Below, piece after piece: positions 8,357 through 17,590 of a DNA stretch of 64,000 bases. The stretch spans positions 1 to 64,000 of IMG/VR virus record IMGVR_UViG_3300017917_000601. One strand, 5' to 3'. The stretch is from a virus. The position numbers and the translations under genes were made by a program. The notes under the pieces are model-generated. The model was given only the letters and a program-made list of their open reading frames with translations. It was not told where the DNA came from and made no database searches. Positions within the stretch are counted from its first letter, which is position 1; the number at the start of each line of letters is the position of its first letter.

Positions 8357-8492
8357 ATACAATCCCGTATTGTTTGTACAGCCATTTTAGAAATTCTTCC
8401 AAAGTTTCTATTTTGTCTTCTTCAAAAATCTGTTCTTTAATATACGAGTCCATACCAATTTTAACTCTGTTGAGAAAATCTTTGTCATTCAT
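8343..8492 (-). CDS. 49-aa hypothetical protein (not in ORF track) MNDKDFLNRVKIGMDSYIKEQIFEEDKIETLEEFLKWLYKQYGIVYGKS
   Basis: Translated by hand; fills the gap, overlaps both neighbours, GGAG upstream. Confidence 0.7.
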   Translation of the reverse strand: MNDKDFLNRVKIGMDSYIKEQIFEEDKIETLEEFLKWLYKQYGIVYGKS

Positions 8493-9120
8493 CTCCGCTC
8501 TCCTTAGGGACTAATCTTGCATCAAACGCCATAATAGTTCTATACCCGTCGCCTCGCCATGGATAAACCGTGTGCGGCAAATGACTTGGAAACAACACTA
8601 CTGTTCCTGCCTTTGGGGTATATTTCCACATGTCATTCATGATAAATTTTGAAATATCTTTAGTTTGTGGTAACCTAAAAGCTATCTGAGAATCTGACGG
8701 AGAACTGTTTTCAACTAGGTCCGGAGTTGTAATATACATATTACCACTTATGTTGCCGCCTGGATGTGTGTGCATTTCTTGGTAATCACCCTGTTGCTGT
8801 CTAATAGTCCATATACTAGTAACCACCGGCTTGCAAAATTTTAATTCTTCAGCGCCTGACTGAGCAGATACTAACTCCATGTATCCTTGACATAGGCTTT
8901 CAAGGAACTTTACTAGCCAAGACACATCAATGTTTAGTTGATTAGGATATACTTGTATCTGCTGTCCTCCTCTAATACTGATGTAAGGATTTCCACTATC
9001 GTTTAATTCTGGATGAGAATGTAGAGAGTCAACTAGGCTATAAATTTTACTAAACTCAACAGGAGGAACATCGTCGATAGCAAGAATAGTTGGTTGAAAG
9101 TAAGCAACTTTTAGACTCAT
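8485..9120 (-). CDS. 2OG-Fe(II) oxygenase-like protein (HxH type)
   Basis: HTHPGGNISGNMY...GTVVLFPSHLPHTVYP...RTIMAFD. Confidence 0.85.
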   Translation of the reverse strand: MSLKVAYFQPTILAIDDVPPVEFSKIYSLVDSLHSHPELNDSGNPYISIRGGQQIQVYPNQLNIDVSWLVKFLESLCQGYMELVSAQSGAEELKFCKPVVTSIWTIRQQQGDYQEMHTHPGGNISGNMYITTPDLVENSSPSDSQIAFRLPQTKDISKFIMNDMWKYTPKAGTVVLFPSHLPHTVYPWRGDGYRTIMAFDARLVPKESGDE

Positions 9121-9623
9121 AGTATTTTATCCAGTTGAATAATTTCGCTTTGTCTCGAGATTTCTTTAACAAAATATGCACAGTTTGGTTTATCACCAAA
9201 CTTTGTAGGAACAGCTAATAGCTGACCGTTTTTCATTTTAGGAAAGTACCACTTAACGTCATTGTAGAAATTTACAATTTCAATTTTCTTAAACTCAACT
9301 CTAAAACTGCTTAATGGATTAAAGATTAATGCTTCAAATCCGCGATCATTTAGACTTGTTAAAGGTAAAATTTCAATATCGTTAGAGCTTGAACTGTCCC
9401 CTACTGCAATTGACCAATCGATAGGCATAGCTACTTCTTCATCGCCGATTCTCAGCACCATTGCAGGGCTGTTGAAACTCTCTAAAAATATCAAAGGCAT
9501 GAAGTAAAAATCTGGCTCTTTAGGGTCACTGTTATCTAAAACTGCAAACCGTGTGCTGTCGTCAACCTCGTCTGGTAAATTGTTTAAACTAAAAGTTTTG
9601 TTATCTAATGTTAGTATTTGCAT
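9117..9623 (-). CDS. Hypothetical beta-rich protein, possible degenerate Hint fold (start MQILTL)
   Basis: AAGGA SD before 9623; motif spacing reminiscent of Hint blocks. Confidence 0.7.
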   Translation of the reverse strand: MQILTLDNKTFSLNNLPDEVDDSTRFAVLDNSDPKEPDFYFMPLIFLESFNSPAMVLRIGDEEVAMPIDWSIAVGDSSSSNDIEILPLTSLNDRGFEALIFNPLSSFRVEFKKIEIVNFYNDVKWYFPKMKNGQLLAVPTKFGDKPNCAYFVKEISRQSEIIQLDKIL

Positions 9624-9631
9624 ATCTGTCC

Positions 9632-11095
9632 TTAGGACCAATCCGTCTTCTCAATTGTGAAGGGATACTTGGCCTCTTTATAAAATTTCTTCCTCTCAGT
9701 GAGGTGGCGTTTGGCGTATTTGCAGGTTGATGTAATATCCCAGATTTGGACGAAGTCTTTGTCTTCTGCTTTTCTAATCCCTCGCCCAATGCTTTGTATA
9801 ACGCGGACAAAGCTCTTTCCGGGCTCAAGAAGAACCAGATTAAAAATCCTTGGAATATTAATACCCACAGCGGCCACACCATAAGTCGCCACAATAATCT
9901 TGTCACTACTGGTTCTAACTTCATCATATTCTTCTTTCCTATCTGTTGTTTTTACTTCGCCTGAAATAAACACACTACCTTCTAATTCATTTACTAAAAA
10001 TTTGCCTGAGTCAATCCTGTTAACGAGAACTAGTGTATTGCCTGATTTTGATATTTCTTTAATTAATTTGCTGATATAGATCATCCTATCATCGTCAGTA
10101 ACTAGATACTTTAATTCGTCAGCATAGCTTCTAAATTCTCGAGTATCAAGCATCTGTACAATGTTTACGTGACAATTTGACAACACACCTTTTTCTTGTA
10201 ACTCGTGTGCTTTAATGCCGCCAATGACTGGACCAATTGAAGCAAAAATACTTTCGCTTTCAAATTTTTCTTTAGGTACTGTTCCAGTTAACCCCCACCG
10301 TATTGCCGCGTTAGATAAGTTTTGTGTAAGTAAATTTTTTAATACTTCAGCCTTAGCCATGTGTACTTCGTCAACAATGACTGTTTTAACACCGTCTAAA
10401 AACTCAGCTAGTGTTAGTATATCGTGCTCGTGATTTTTAGATTTTTTGTCTAAAATATTCAAACTTTGCCAAGTACAGATAGTGTGTGTTTTATTAAGAT
10501 CTTTTCTGTCGCCGTAATAAACCCCGACGTCAAGACCGACGTTAATAAAATCTTCTTCTGTTTGTTCGACAAGTGACTTGTTTGGTACAATAGTGATAGT
10601 GCGTCCATATTTTTCACAAAGATCAGCTAGCGTTGCAGTTGTAATTGTTTTACCTGCGCCAGTGGCAATTTCTTGTAGTGCTTGGTGGTTTTCAAGAAAC
10701 TTATTGATTGCCGCAACTTGGTAATCGCGAAGCATAATAGGCTGGCCTTCTTGAGGATGGCCCTTTGGCCACACCTTACCTTTATCAGCCCAATAGGTTT
10801 CTGTTACTGGAGTAAAGGTAATTTGCTGTGTCGTGCGAAGATCTTCTACTTCTTCAATATCAACACCCATTTTTCCTAGTATATCAAGGATTGTTTCGAG
10901 TTGATTTAAGTATCCATTACCGCCTAGACCAAATAAACTAACCATACCGTCCCATCGTCCTAGCTTGTATGCAGGATGATATCTTGCATATGGTATCTCG
11001 TATTTGAAAGTGTTGGCTAATTTTTTACGAGCATCGAGTGGGCAGTTCTCTAGCTTAATATTAACCTCATCTTTGATGATTAATTTCACCCCCAT
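9632..11095 (-). CDS. uvsW: SF2 DNA helicase, UvsW-like
   Basis: LRDYQ, ATGAGKT, DEVH, GLTGT, GINIP, QSIGRGIR. Confidence 0.92.
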   Translation of the reverse strand: MGVKLIIKDEVNIKLENCPLDARKKLANTFKYEIPYARYHPAYKLGRWDGMVSLFGLGGNGYLNQLETILDILGKMGVDIEEVEDLRTTQQITFTPVTETYWADKGKVWPKGHPQEGQPIMLRDYQVAAINKFLENHQALQEIATGAGKTITTATLADLCEKYGRTITIVPNKSLVEQTEEDFINVGLDVGVYYGDRKDLNKTHTICTWQSLNILDKKSKNHEHDILTLAEFLDGVKTVIVDEVHMAKAEVLKNLLTQNLSNAAIRWGLTGTVPKEKFESESIFASIGPVIGGIKAHELQEKGVLSNCHVNIVQMLDTREFRSYADELKYLVTDDDRMIYISKLIKEISKSGNTLVLVNRIDSGKFLVNELEGSVFISGEVKTTDRKEEYDEVRTSSDKIIVATYGVAAVGINIPRIFNLVLLEPGKSFVRVIQSIGRGIRKAEDKDFVQIWDITSTCKYAKRHLTERKKFYKEAKYPFTIEKTDWS

Positions 11096-12270
11096 TGTGA
11101 CCTCATCTCAATGATCGGTTGTTGGTCAGTGTGAGAAATGATTAGGTCGCAATGATTTGCAAACACCGAAGTCTTGGTATGTCGTAGGGGTGTACCAATG
11201 CTAACAACACTCATTGGTCTCCAGTCATTTTTTATGAAAAATTTTGGAATTTTTCCGTTTTGTACAGCCACTATTTTTGTCTCATTGTTTAGTTCAGCAT
11301 TGTATTTGTTATCTGCAATGAACTTATTAAATTGTGTACCAACCTCGTCATTAGGCAATCTAAAGTAAACTCCAATTTTATCAAAAATTCCATTTTTTTG
11401 GAGACTTACATGAAGATTTTTCATTTCTTCGAGGCATTTTTTATGGTCGTTACTATCAAATACTAACATCACTGGAAGTCTTTTTAATTTTATTAAAGAG
11501 TCGAGGACTTCGTCAAGGCTGTGTTCTTTTCTGTTAATCCAAATTCTTGTATTTTTTCTATAAGCAATTTGTTCTGTTAAATTTTCTGGATTTTTTTCGG
11601 TATTTTCTACAAAATACTGATACCTAATAGATCTGTCTTTAATAATGTTGTTGTCAATGGCAGTGTCAATGCCTAAATCTTGTGTAATTGCTTTTTGAAA
11701 ATTTGTGTGTGAAATGTTTGTGATTAAAAATTGAGATTTGACCTCATTTTCTGACCAAGATTTTATGGTTTTGTAAAAATCTATGATTTTTCCTTCAATT
11801 TCAAAATCTAAAGGTCTTAGCATGTCGACTAGCTTAACAATATTTTTTTCTGTTAGGTCAGCAACATAAAATTTTCCATTTTGTTCTTGCCCAAGTCCAG
11901 AAATATTTTTAGAATTTGAAGTAATTGTTTGACGAATTGCCGAAGAATACGTAAATTCAATAAAAATGACAGAATTTCCACTGGCATGTGAATTGATGTA
12001 CATTTTTCTTGTCTTGTCAACTTGACGAAATGGTTTGGACCAAGTTGGGACTTCTATTGCTTCACAAATTTCATTTGACAGCTCGTTAAATTTTTCAGAA
12101 TTTTCCTTAAAAATCTTAACCAACAGTTTTCCTTGGTTTTCTGTGATAAAGTGTGGAGACGAAATTATCTTATGTAAGCTCTTGAGTACCTTTTTATCGC
12201 GTAAAGATAAAGACAGCTGGTCTACAGGAAAGCTAATTACTTTTACAAGAAGTTTATCAACAGTATTCAT
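11086..12270 (-). CDS. Hypothetical protein (start corrected to MNTVDK)
   Basis: Long AT-rich ORF overlapping the uvsW start; promoter directly upstream. Confidence 0.8.
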   Translation of the reverse strand: MNTVDKLLVKVISFPVDQLSLSLRDKKVLKSLHKIISSPHFITENQGKLLVKIFKENSEKFNELSNEICEAIEVPTWSKPFRQVDKTRKMYINSHASGNSVIFIEFTYSSAIRQTITSNSKNISGLGQEQNGKFYVADLTEKNIVKLVDMLRPLDFEIEGKIIDFYKTIKSWSENEVKSQFLITNISHTNFQKAITQDLGIDTAIDNNIIKDRSIRYQYFVENTEKNPENLTEQIAYRKNTRIWINRKEHSLDEVLDSLIKLKRLPVMLVFDSNDHKKCLEEMKNLHVSLQKNGIFDKIGVYFRLPNDEVGTQFNKFIADNKYNAELNNETKIVAVQNGKIPKFFIKNDWRPMSVVSIGTPLRHTKTSVFANHCDLIISHTDQQPIIEMRSQWG

Positions 12271-12277
12271 ACTTTTT

Positions 12278-12306
12278 ATTATACACACGTCTTAGGCAAA
12301 GGTCAA
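12278..12306 (-). promoter_or_regulatory. sigma70 promoter for the uvsW operon
   Basis: TTGACC-17 nt-TATAAT, 7 nt before the ATG at 12270. Confidence 0.8.
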
Positions 12307-12316
12307 TACCTTATTG

Positions 12317-12351
12317 AAAAAAATAGGCCTCATAAATATTTAAGGCCTATT
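12317..12351 (-). terminator. Intrinsic terminator after uvsY
   Basis: AATAGGCCT/AGGCCTATT stem followed by a T run on - strand. Confidence 0.7.
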
Positions 12352-12373
12352 GTCACTATTTTGAGCAAATTAG

Positions 12374-12829
12374 TTAAAGCGTTGCATCTTCCATTCCAGC
12401 AACTCTCAATTTCACGATATTTGTAAGTTGCCATTGTTTCTGATCAAGTGCTTTTGTAATTCCAAGCCATTTATTTCTTAGCAAAGCAAATTCGTTGATA
12501 ATTTTTTCAAAATCAACAACATCTGCTTCGCCTTCTACAAACTTTTCGCAATCACGACTGCTCAAAGCACGTTGGTAGTTTTCAAGATACTTCCGAAAGA
12601 ATTGACTTTTGAGTCTTCGTAACTCGATATTCAAATATTCTAAGATTGCTTCGATTTCTTGCAACTGACTGAATCTGTGTTCTACAATACCAGGCATAGC
12701 AGCCGACGCTTTTTCAATATTACCAATAATATGGCATTCTTTTTTAGCATCAGCAAGCTCGTTAGTATAGTATTCCACAGCATCGGGAATGTTACTAATG
12801 TCTTGAGAAATCTTAGTGTACCAGCTCAT
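12374..12829 (-). CDS. uvsY: Recombination mediator, UvsY-like
   Basis: 151-aa helical protein, YLENY...DCEKFVEGEADV...KALDQKQWQLTNIVKLR; downstream of uvsX. Confidence 0.75.
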   Translation of the reverse strand: MSWYTKISQDISNIPDAVEYYTNELADAKKECHIIGNIEKASAAMPGIVEHRFSQLQEIEAILEYLNIELRRLKSQFFRKYLENYQRALSSRDCEKFVEGEADVVDFEKIINEFALLRNKWLGITKALDQKQWQLTNIVKLRVAGMEDATL

Positions 12830-13065
12830 TAGAAATCGAGTTCCTTATAATCATCATCTTCCTCTTCCTCGCCTTCGTCGAGATAGTACTCGATAGCAGA
12901 GTCGAGAGTACCGTCAACTCCTGTGGCTCCTTCCAGTGTCCTATCGCTGACACCGTAGTCAGCTAATAGGTCAACGTATCTTTCTGCGGCTACTTCTAGT
13001 TGCTTCTTATCAATGTAGTCAGCAAACAATAACCAGATATCACCAATTTGACTTTCATTCAACAT
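12829..13065 (-). CDS. Small acidic hypothetical protein
   Basis: AGGAG spacing favours the MLNESQ start; acidic C-terminal tail. Confidence 0.7.
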   Translation of the reverse strand: MLNESQIGDIWLLFADYIDKKQLEVAAERYVDLLADYGVSDRTLEGATGVDGTLDSAIEYYLDEGEEEEDDDYKELDF

Positions 13066-14119
13066 GTTCTTCATTCTCCTCTGGAACAGTAGTTGTTGTG
13101 TTAGATTTGATATGGTATTTTTCCATTATCATATCTAATTTATCATCTTTCCATTCTTTTCGGTAGAATTTGAACTCTTCTCCAGTCTCTGGATCAATCC
13201 ACTTGAGTCTGTTACCTTCTTGCTTGAGTAAACCTTCTTTTTCAAACAAGTCTACAAGACCGCTGTATGGATTCATACCTGTTGCGTAAGGAATTTTAAC
13301 TTGAATGTTTTCAAAAGGTTTAGCATAACGTGTTTTCATGATTTTACATGCGGCACGAATACCGTTTACTTCTGAAACTTTGTTGCCATCTTCGTCTTCT
13401 TTTAGTTTCAATTTCTTCATGGCAACCACGATAGAAGATGCGTAAATGAAGCCTTGTCCGCCTGAGATTTTGTCGTCTGGATCAAACATATCTTGGCTAG
13501 CGTATGTGTGATTTGTAGCCACCAAGCCAATGTTAAGACTACCAAACATATTAACACAGTTACGAACCAGCGCCGTAAGTGCTTTAGGCTTTCTACCCAT
13601 ATCACCTTTAAGATCTCCTGCTTCGAATTGATTAACATCAGTTGGTGTTAGCAACATGCCAAGTGAGTCAACAACAAATAATACCTTAGGACGTGATTCC
13701 TCTGGCATTTCTTTGTATTCTTTGATGAATTCGTTAATAGTTTTAGCAACGTCATCAATCATAGCCATATTAAGTTTTAACAACTTATCTTCGCTAGTAT
13801 CAACACCGAGTGCTTTGAGCCATTCTTCGTCAAGAGCGTTTTCGCTATCGATTAGAACAACATAGATACCTTGTTGTTGTGCATGTCGAACGATATTACC
13901 GGAACAGATATATGACTTGCCTGCGCCTGACTCTCCAGCAAATACAGTAACCTTACCTAGAGGAATACCTTTTTGGAAGTCACCGCTGATCAGATAATTT
14001 AATGCAAAATTACCTGTTGAAACCCAATCAGTAGGGTCTGTAAAACCTACACTAAGACCATCAATACTCTTAGTTAATGTCTTACGAAATTTTGATAAAT
14101 CAAAAGGCTTTGTAGCCAT
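13055..14119 (-). CDS. uvsX: RecA/UvsX recombinase
   Basis: GESGAGKS, IDSENALD, VVDSLG, SGGQGFIYASS, MKTR. Confidence 0.95.
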   Translation of the reverse strand: MATKPFDLSKFRKTLTKSIDGLSVGFTDPTDWVSTGNFALNYLISGDFQKGIPLGKVTVFAGESGAGKSYICSGNIVRHAQQQGIYVVLIDSENALDEEWLKALGVDTSEDKLLKLNMAMIDDVAKTINEFIKEYKEMPEESRPKVLFVVDSLGMLLTPTDVNQFEAGDLKGDMGRKPKALTALVRNCVNMFGSLNIGLVATNHTYASQDMFDPDDKISGGQGFIYASSIVVAMKKLKLKEDEDGNKVSEVNGIRAACKIMKTRYAKPFENIQVKIPYATGMNPYSGLVDLFEKEGLLKQEGNRLKWIDPETGEEFKFYRKEWKDDKLDMIMEKYHIKSNTTTTVPEENEEHVE

Positions 14120-14183
14120 AGTTATTCTCCTAAATGATAGCTTGGGCGTAAGAGCTATGTCTCAGAGGCCCAAGGCTTATTAA

Positions 14184-15164
14184 TTACTGCTTTTGGCGAT
14201 TACGAATCATTGCCAAGATATCTTGTGCTCGGCTATCACCGCCACTAGATTCTTGTGCTTCTGCTTTTGGTGCTGGGGCAGGAGCTGCCTTTGCTACTGG
14301 AGCAGGTTCATCGTCGTAGTTATCGTCTGCTGGTGCAGATGCTTTAGGAGTTGACTTAACAGGATCGCCAGTATTTTGGCTCATGCCTGCTGGTTTGAAA
14401 TACTGACCCCAACGTTCCATATCAAATGGTTCGCCGTCGACAGAAGCTTCAAACATCTCCTTCATTACCTTAAGCTCAACTTCTGTTGGCTTCTTAGGTA
14501 GGAAGTCGTTTAGGTTAAACAAACCATATTGCTTGATAGCGGCTTGTTCTTCGTCACTTAGAGGACGCTCACGACGTGCCCAAGAGCTTGTGCTGTAGTC
14601 AGCATAGCCGCCTTTTGAACCTTTCTTCATACGGAAGTCAAGTCCATGGACATAGTCAGTTGGTAGATCTTCTAGTTCCGGATCAACAAGTGCTGAACGG
14701 ATCAGTGTAAAGATTTGAGGACCGATGATAAATCGGCGAATTGGATTTTCAGGCTTTTCTTGTTCTTTCAAGCCATCTTCTGCAACAAATCCTTGGAAAA
14801 TGTAACTACGCTTCTTCCAATATTTACGACCCATATCTTCAAGAGCTGGGTCCTTAAACCAACCGCGAACCTCGGAGAGGATTGGACAAGTGTCGCCATA
14901 CATTTCTACGCATGGTACTTGTACGATTGTTTGTTTGCTTTCAGATTCACCCTTGATGCCAGCAAATGGCAGTTTGATCATTGCACGTTCAACCCAGAAA
15001 AAGGTATTGTCTTGGTTGCCGTCGGGTAAGAAACGAAGTACGGATTCACCGCCTTCTTTTAGGTTCCAGAACGGATAAATTGAGTTATCACCGCCTGTAC
15101 GTTCTCCTGAACCTTTTGATTCAGATGCCTTTAGTTTTGCACGAATTTCAGCCAAAGTTGCCAT
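14184..15164 (-). CDS. gp32: Single-stranded DNA-binding protein, T4 gp32-like
   Basis: LRFLP, CPI, YWKKRSY, IGPQIF, K..KGGYADYSTS, flexible C-terminal tail; AGGAG SD. Confidence 0.88.
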   Translation of the reverse strand: MATLAEIRAKLKASESKGSGERTGGDNSIYPFWNLKEGGESVLRFLPDGNQDNTFFWVERAMIKLPFAGIKGESESKQTIVQVPCVEMYGDTCPILSEVRGWFKDPALEDMGRKYWKKRSYIFQGFVAEDGLKEQEKPENPIRRFIIGPQIFTLIRSALVDPELEDLPTDYVHGLDFRMKKGSKGGYADYSTSSWARRERPLSDEEQAAIKQYGLFNLNDFLPKKPTEVELKVMKEMFEASVDGEPFDMERWGQYFKPAGMSQNTGDPVKSTPKASAPADDNYDDEPAPVAKAAPAPAPKAEAQESSGGDSRAQDILAMIRNRQKQ

Positions 15165-15226
15165 AATTTTTCTCCTATTTTTAGCCTTTGTATATTTGCC
15201 TTAGTTGTTGAAGACCTTCTTCAACA

Positions 15227-15258
15227 AAAAACGCATACATGTTATTGTATGCGTTTTT
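15227..15258 (-). terminator. Terminator-like hairpin between the head-protein gene and gp32
   Basis: 13-bp perfect stem AAAAACGCATACA/TGTATGCGTTTTT with 6-nt loop. Confidence 0.7.
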
Positions 15259-15272
15259 ATTTAGTTCTGCAA
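15244..15272 (-). promoter_or_regulatory. sigma70-type promoter for gp32-uvsX-uvsY, overlapping the hairpin
   Basis: TTGCAG-17 nt-TACAAT; the spacer also contains TAAATA. Confidence 0.6.
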
Positions 15273-15309
15273 GACTAATCTTGCCTAAAATGTGATTATT
15301 TTAGCCGTT

Positions 15310-17580
15310 TTACTTTAGTCCTGCCAAGTGAATAATGCTAGCCAATGCTTGATCTTCGGAATAACCTGTTGATTCAGCAAAAGATGGAGCAATACCTTGT
15401 ACTTGTGTTTCTAATGTTTGAATATCAAATGTTTCTTGTGTACTTGGTCTAGCTTCAACTCTGTTAATTTGATTATGCTCATTACCACTTGGGTCTTTCA
15501 TATCAATAAATTTTAATACTTTGATAAGGTCTTCCGGATTAGCACTACCAAATTCACCGTCTTCAAATGCTTTCTTAACTTTGATCTTAACACGCATTCC
15601 GCCTAGTGGGAAATTACCTTTTTCTTTGTTATAGAATCCAGAAATGTATTTTAGCATACCTGGTAAACCTTGTCCAGCAATAGAAGGTTCATCGTAACCA
15701 AAGTCAGCTGGGCTCATTCCACAACCTTCGATAATTTCAGCAATAGTCATTTGACTTTCGCCAACTGTTAATACTGTTTCTAAAGTTGCACCTGCTTTCT
15801 TAGCTTTTTCAACTGCCTTAGCAAGTCCTTGACGAGCTAAATGACGAGCTTGGCTATATCCCTGACCGTGTTTTCCTGGAGTTGTTTTCTTACTTGGTTT
15901 AGTGTCCGGATCAAACGGAGGATCTTCATCTTTTCCTTCAGCAACTGGTTCAGCAACTGGTTCTACCGCTGGTTCAGGTGCTTGTGCAGGTGCTTGTGCA
16001 GGAGCCATTGCTGCCTGTGTTTCTGGTTCTTGTTGGCCGCCAGCTTCTCCGCCAAAGTTTAATTGTGCGGCTACATCTGGATCAACTGACTGTACATGTT
16101 GCTGTACTAAAGGACGAACATCTAAGTCTGGATCAACATCACGTAAAGCGTTAACGAACTCTGGATCGTCAATAAGTCCTTTTAAAGACATAATAGCGTT
16201 AGTGCCTTCTGGGCCACCTACTAATTCTTGGGCCATTAAGGTGTTTAATTTTTCAATTGCCGCACGTCTTGCATCTTTGTTTGGACTAAAAATTTCGTCT
16301 TTGTCTTCTCTAACAATGTCATTAATGAATGATTCAAATTGATCTGCTGGATCAAAACTTTCACGTTCCATGCGAGCATTAAATTCAGCTCTCATAGCTT
16401 CTTTTCTGTCTAGATAATTTTGATAACGCTTTTTGTCTAACTCACTAGCACCATCTTTTTCAGCGGCAGCTTTTAATGTATCGTGCTTATGTTTGTCTAA
16501 CATACGACGATGTTCTGCACTTACTGAATTAGGGTTATATGCTTCTTCTACATCTTCTTCGCCTAAAATGTCTTCGGCAGTTAATTCAACAACAGGAAGC
16601 TCTGATTCGTCAACAAATTTATAAATGTATGGAAATACTGATTTTAATTCTTCGTTGAATGTTTTAATAGTTAATCTGTTAACTAAGTCGTCGACAACTG
16701 CTTCCGGAATCATTTGTTCTTCTTGTGCTTCAAACGATTCAACAAATGATTCGTAATATGCACTACGTTGTAGATTTTGTACTTGTTTCTTAATCTCTTC
16801 AATACGTTCCATTACTCTAGAAGTAACAGCACTCATTGCCTCACTTAACTGGTCTTGACGGCTAACATAACCTTTAAACTTGCGTAGACTTGAAAGCTCT
16901 TCTGAAAGGCCAGTGATATATTTGCCAACTGAATCGTAAGGGTTGCCGCCGTGTTTAATGTGTTCAGCTAATGCTCTAGCACCGTTGATATGCTTCGAAG
17001 GATACTTGAAACGTTCTCCTTGTGCATTTTCAATATAAATGCTTTCAATATGCATTGTGCGGCCTGCTGGCAAGTTTGTGTTAACTGCCTGACTGTGCTT
17101 GATTACTAATCTAGCTTCGCCTAAGTCTTGGTAACTCATTCGAGCATTACCATAAAGTTTATTTTCCATTATCGATGGCATAACTGGTTCTTCCTTACGT
17201 TTCGCTTGAAACTCGTAGTCGCGCTTATCAAGATTGCTCTTGCCAATATTTTGTACATCAAAATTTAGTAAACGATCCTTGGCAAACTGTCTAAATCCTC
17301 TGATGAATTTATAAGCCCCATGGTGTGAAGTGTGATCGTCGTCGTTTACTAAATCTCCACTTACTTGCAGTACAATACCGTCTTGTGCGTCTAAAGTAAT
17401 AGCAATAGTTCCCAAAGGTTCACCATCTTCTTCGTATTCAAACTCAAAAAAACGTGCTTTAGGAATGTCTTCTTTTTTACTCAAGACATTGGCGTTTTCG
17501 TCACCCATGCGGATGTCGCGAAAACGGGTTTGTATTTTGCCGTAGAGATCTTTGGCAATTTTATCTAGATTTGCGTCCAT
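15310..17580 (-). CDS. Large acidic protein, probable internal head/prohead core protein (start MDANLD)
   Basis: GATAAATA 4 nt before the ATG; many hydrophobic-X-Glu sites; Ala/Pro/Glu linker; adjacent to terL. Confidence 0.6.
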   Translation of the reverse strand: MDANLDKIAKDLYGKIQTRFRDIRMGDENANVLSKKEDIPKARFFEFEYEEDGEPLGTIAITLDAQDGIVLQVSGDLVNDDDHTSHHGAYKFIRGFRQFAKDRLLNFDVQNIGKSNLDKRDYEFQAKRKEEPVMPSIMENKLYGNARMSYQDLGEARLVIKHSQAVNTNLPAGRTMHIESIYIENAQGERFKYPSKHINGARALAEHIKHGGNPYDSVGKYITGLSEELSSLRKFKGYVSRQDQLSEAMSAVTSRVMERIEEIKKQVQNLQRSAYYESFVESFEAQEEQMIPEAVVDDLVNRLTIKTFNEELKSVFPYIYKFVDESELPVVELTAEDILGEEDVEEAYNPNSVSAEHRRMLDKHKHDTLKAAAEKDGASELDKKRYQNYLDRKEAMRAEFNARMERESFDPADQFESFINDIVREDKDEIFSPNKDARRAAIEKLNTLMAQELVGGPEGTNAIMSLKGLIDDPEFVNALRDVDPDLDVRPLVQQHVQSVDPDVAAQLNFGGEAGGQQEPETQAAMAPAQAPAQAPEPAVEPVAEPVAEGKDEDPPFDPDTKPSKKTTPGKHGQGYSQARHLARQGLAKAVEKAKKAGATLETVLTVGESQMTIAEIIEGCGMSPADFGYDEPSIAGQGLPGMLKYISGFYNKEKGNFPLGGMRVKIKVKKAFEDGEFGSANPEDLIKVLKFIDMKDPSGNEHNQINRVEARPSTQETFDIQTLETQVQGIAPSFAESTGYSEDQALASIIHLAGLK

Positions 17581-17590
17581 ACTATATTTA

